Of a DNA stretch of 9,000 nt, positions 8,301-9,000 are shown piece after piece. Both the position numbers and the translations under genes were made by a program. The notes beneath the pieces were generated by a model. That model had not been told where the DNA came from and did no database searches. It worked only from the letters and a program-made list of their open reading frames with translations. The stretch is taken from the NCBI GenBank assembly GCA_030704615.1, contig JAKLZA010000250.1, forward strand, positions 1-9,000. Reading direction: 5' to 3'. The number at the start of each line of letters is the position of its first letter. Positions within the stretch are counted from its first letter, which is position 1. Source of the stretch: Takakia lepidozioides. Its lineage: Eukaryota; Plantae; Bryophyta.

Positions 8301-8980
8301 TTGGATTTGGCTTGGAAGGAATTTAGTCCTCCGCAGTCGTTGGCACATTACTACCAGATCATGCGCATTTGGCTGCCAGTGGCAACTAGGACTAAGGTTC
8401 TTCCGAACAATCGACCCATTGAGGATCATCACTTTGCGAAGTACTGGTCTGAAGCAAGTACCATGTTGAAGGAATTAATTGCCTTCCAAGTTGTACATGG
8501 GTACATTTATACCAAGACCAAGGAGGTAGCAAGTATTGTCATGGGCTGTGGATTATACTATGCTGCTTGTTTTCTGGCACGTTATCACATTGAGCAGCAG
8601 AAGATGCAATCGCGATTTCTGAGTTATCCAGTGGGGATCATTGGGTCTTACCTTCAGTGCCACCTCATATGTACCTATATGAAGCAAAAGTTATGATGCA
8701 AAAGGATTCCCAACTTCGTTCATGGTTTCATTCGGCCTGGAACAATTTGACAACACAGAAATTCGGCCATGACGATATTTTCTTTAAGGGACATGAGGCA
8801 TGGAAATACTTGCACTGTTCCCAAGTCATTGGCACACCACTCACCTTTACGGACAAGGAGTTCAGGGTGTTCACCAATTTTGCCATTAAGCGTTTACAGC
8901 AAGTTGTACAGTTTAAACTTCCAGACATGGCGGGACCACATTGTATGCCACAAGGATTCCAGTTAGAGTTTGACCGTTAA
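5370..8980 (+). pseudogene. Retrotransposon 3' extra ('env-like' position) ORF, about 1200 codons when reconstructed: plant-transposon-protein-like domain, acidic linker, long coiled coil, aromatic-rich C-terminal domain
   Basis: ORFs 5370, 5973, 6653, 7037, an unlisted ~7960-8075 segment (EDVEGLQTQVDDLSSNIDKRVFVPEEQL), 8100 and 8657 can be chained through in-frame TAGs (5925, 5967, 7004) and four -1 shifts (~6652, ~7960, ~8075, ~8645). QFLQNF..VRGVDIEIT..LFDLP and GEDVAWAELMY..L resemble ATHILA ORF-1/Transposase_32-type motifs. 7110-7760 is E/Q/L/K heptad-rich. Confidence 0.75.
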
Positions 8981-8988
8981 AACACCTC

Positions 8989-8996
8989 AGGGGGGG
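8989..8996 (+). other. Probable polypurine tract preceding the 3' LTR
   Basis: AGGGGGGG begins 8 nt after the final stop (TAA 8978-8980), where a PPT is expected. The LTR start (TG) would lie just outside the window, so this is unconfirmed. Confidence 0.55.
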
Positions 8997-9000
8997 CGAC

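Larger units (their letters stand above)
2757..9000 (+). mobile_element. 5'-truncated Ty3/gypsy LTR retrotransposon internal region, non-chromovirus (Athila-like) with a 3' extra ORF
   Basis: Domain order RT-RH-INT is diagnostic of Ty3/gypsy. The integrase ends WKGPY...RVNANKLKGY with no chromodomain, and is followed by a long sense extra ORF and a G-rich tract. No LTR, gag, protease or YxDD motif lies in the window. Confidence 0.93.

Noticed and set aside
6074-8432. Minus-strand ORFs (6074..6613, 7153..7674, 7445..7714, 8133..8432 and others) as antisense genes
   Set aside because: Ser/Cys/Leu-rich mirror translations of the Glu/Gln-rich sense ORF, with no independent motifs.

Overview
Eukaryotic, most likely land-plant, repeat-rich DNA made of two truncated units joined head-to-head at about 2757. 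Left (1-2756, minus strand): a gene the ORF track fragments. It has at least six exons, five phase-consistent GT-AG introns and an N-terminal ParB/Srx-fold domain (VWDGNHRLLA, fitting GxxRxxA). It runs off the window start (at least 724 codons from Met 2684) and carries one apparent 1-nt deletion and one CGA>TGA-type stop. Two of its introns hold the same 16-bp palindrome, AATGCGG-(CA/TG)-CCGCATT, which resembles a parS site in architecture. Right (2757-9000, plus strand): the 3' part of a degenerate non-chromovirus (Athila-like) Ty3/gypsy LTR retrotransposon. It contains the RT C-terminus, RNase H, integrase (HHCC, DD35E, GPY), a ~200-codon post-integrase extension with a 10/30-bp tandem array, a reconstructable ~1200-codon extra ORF (5370-8980) and a probable polypurine tract at the window end. 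All assignments come from motif recognition by eye; no database searches were run.
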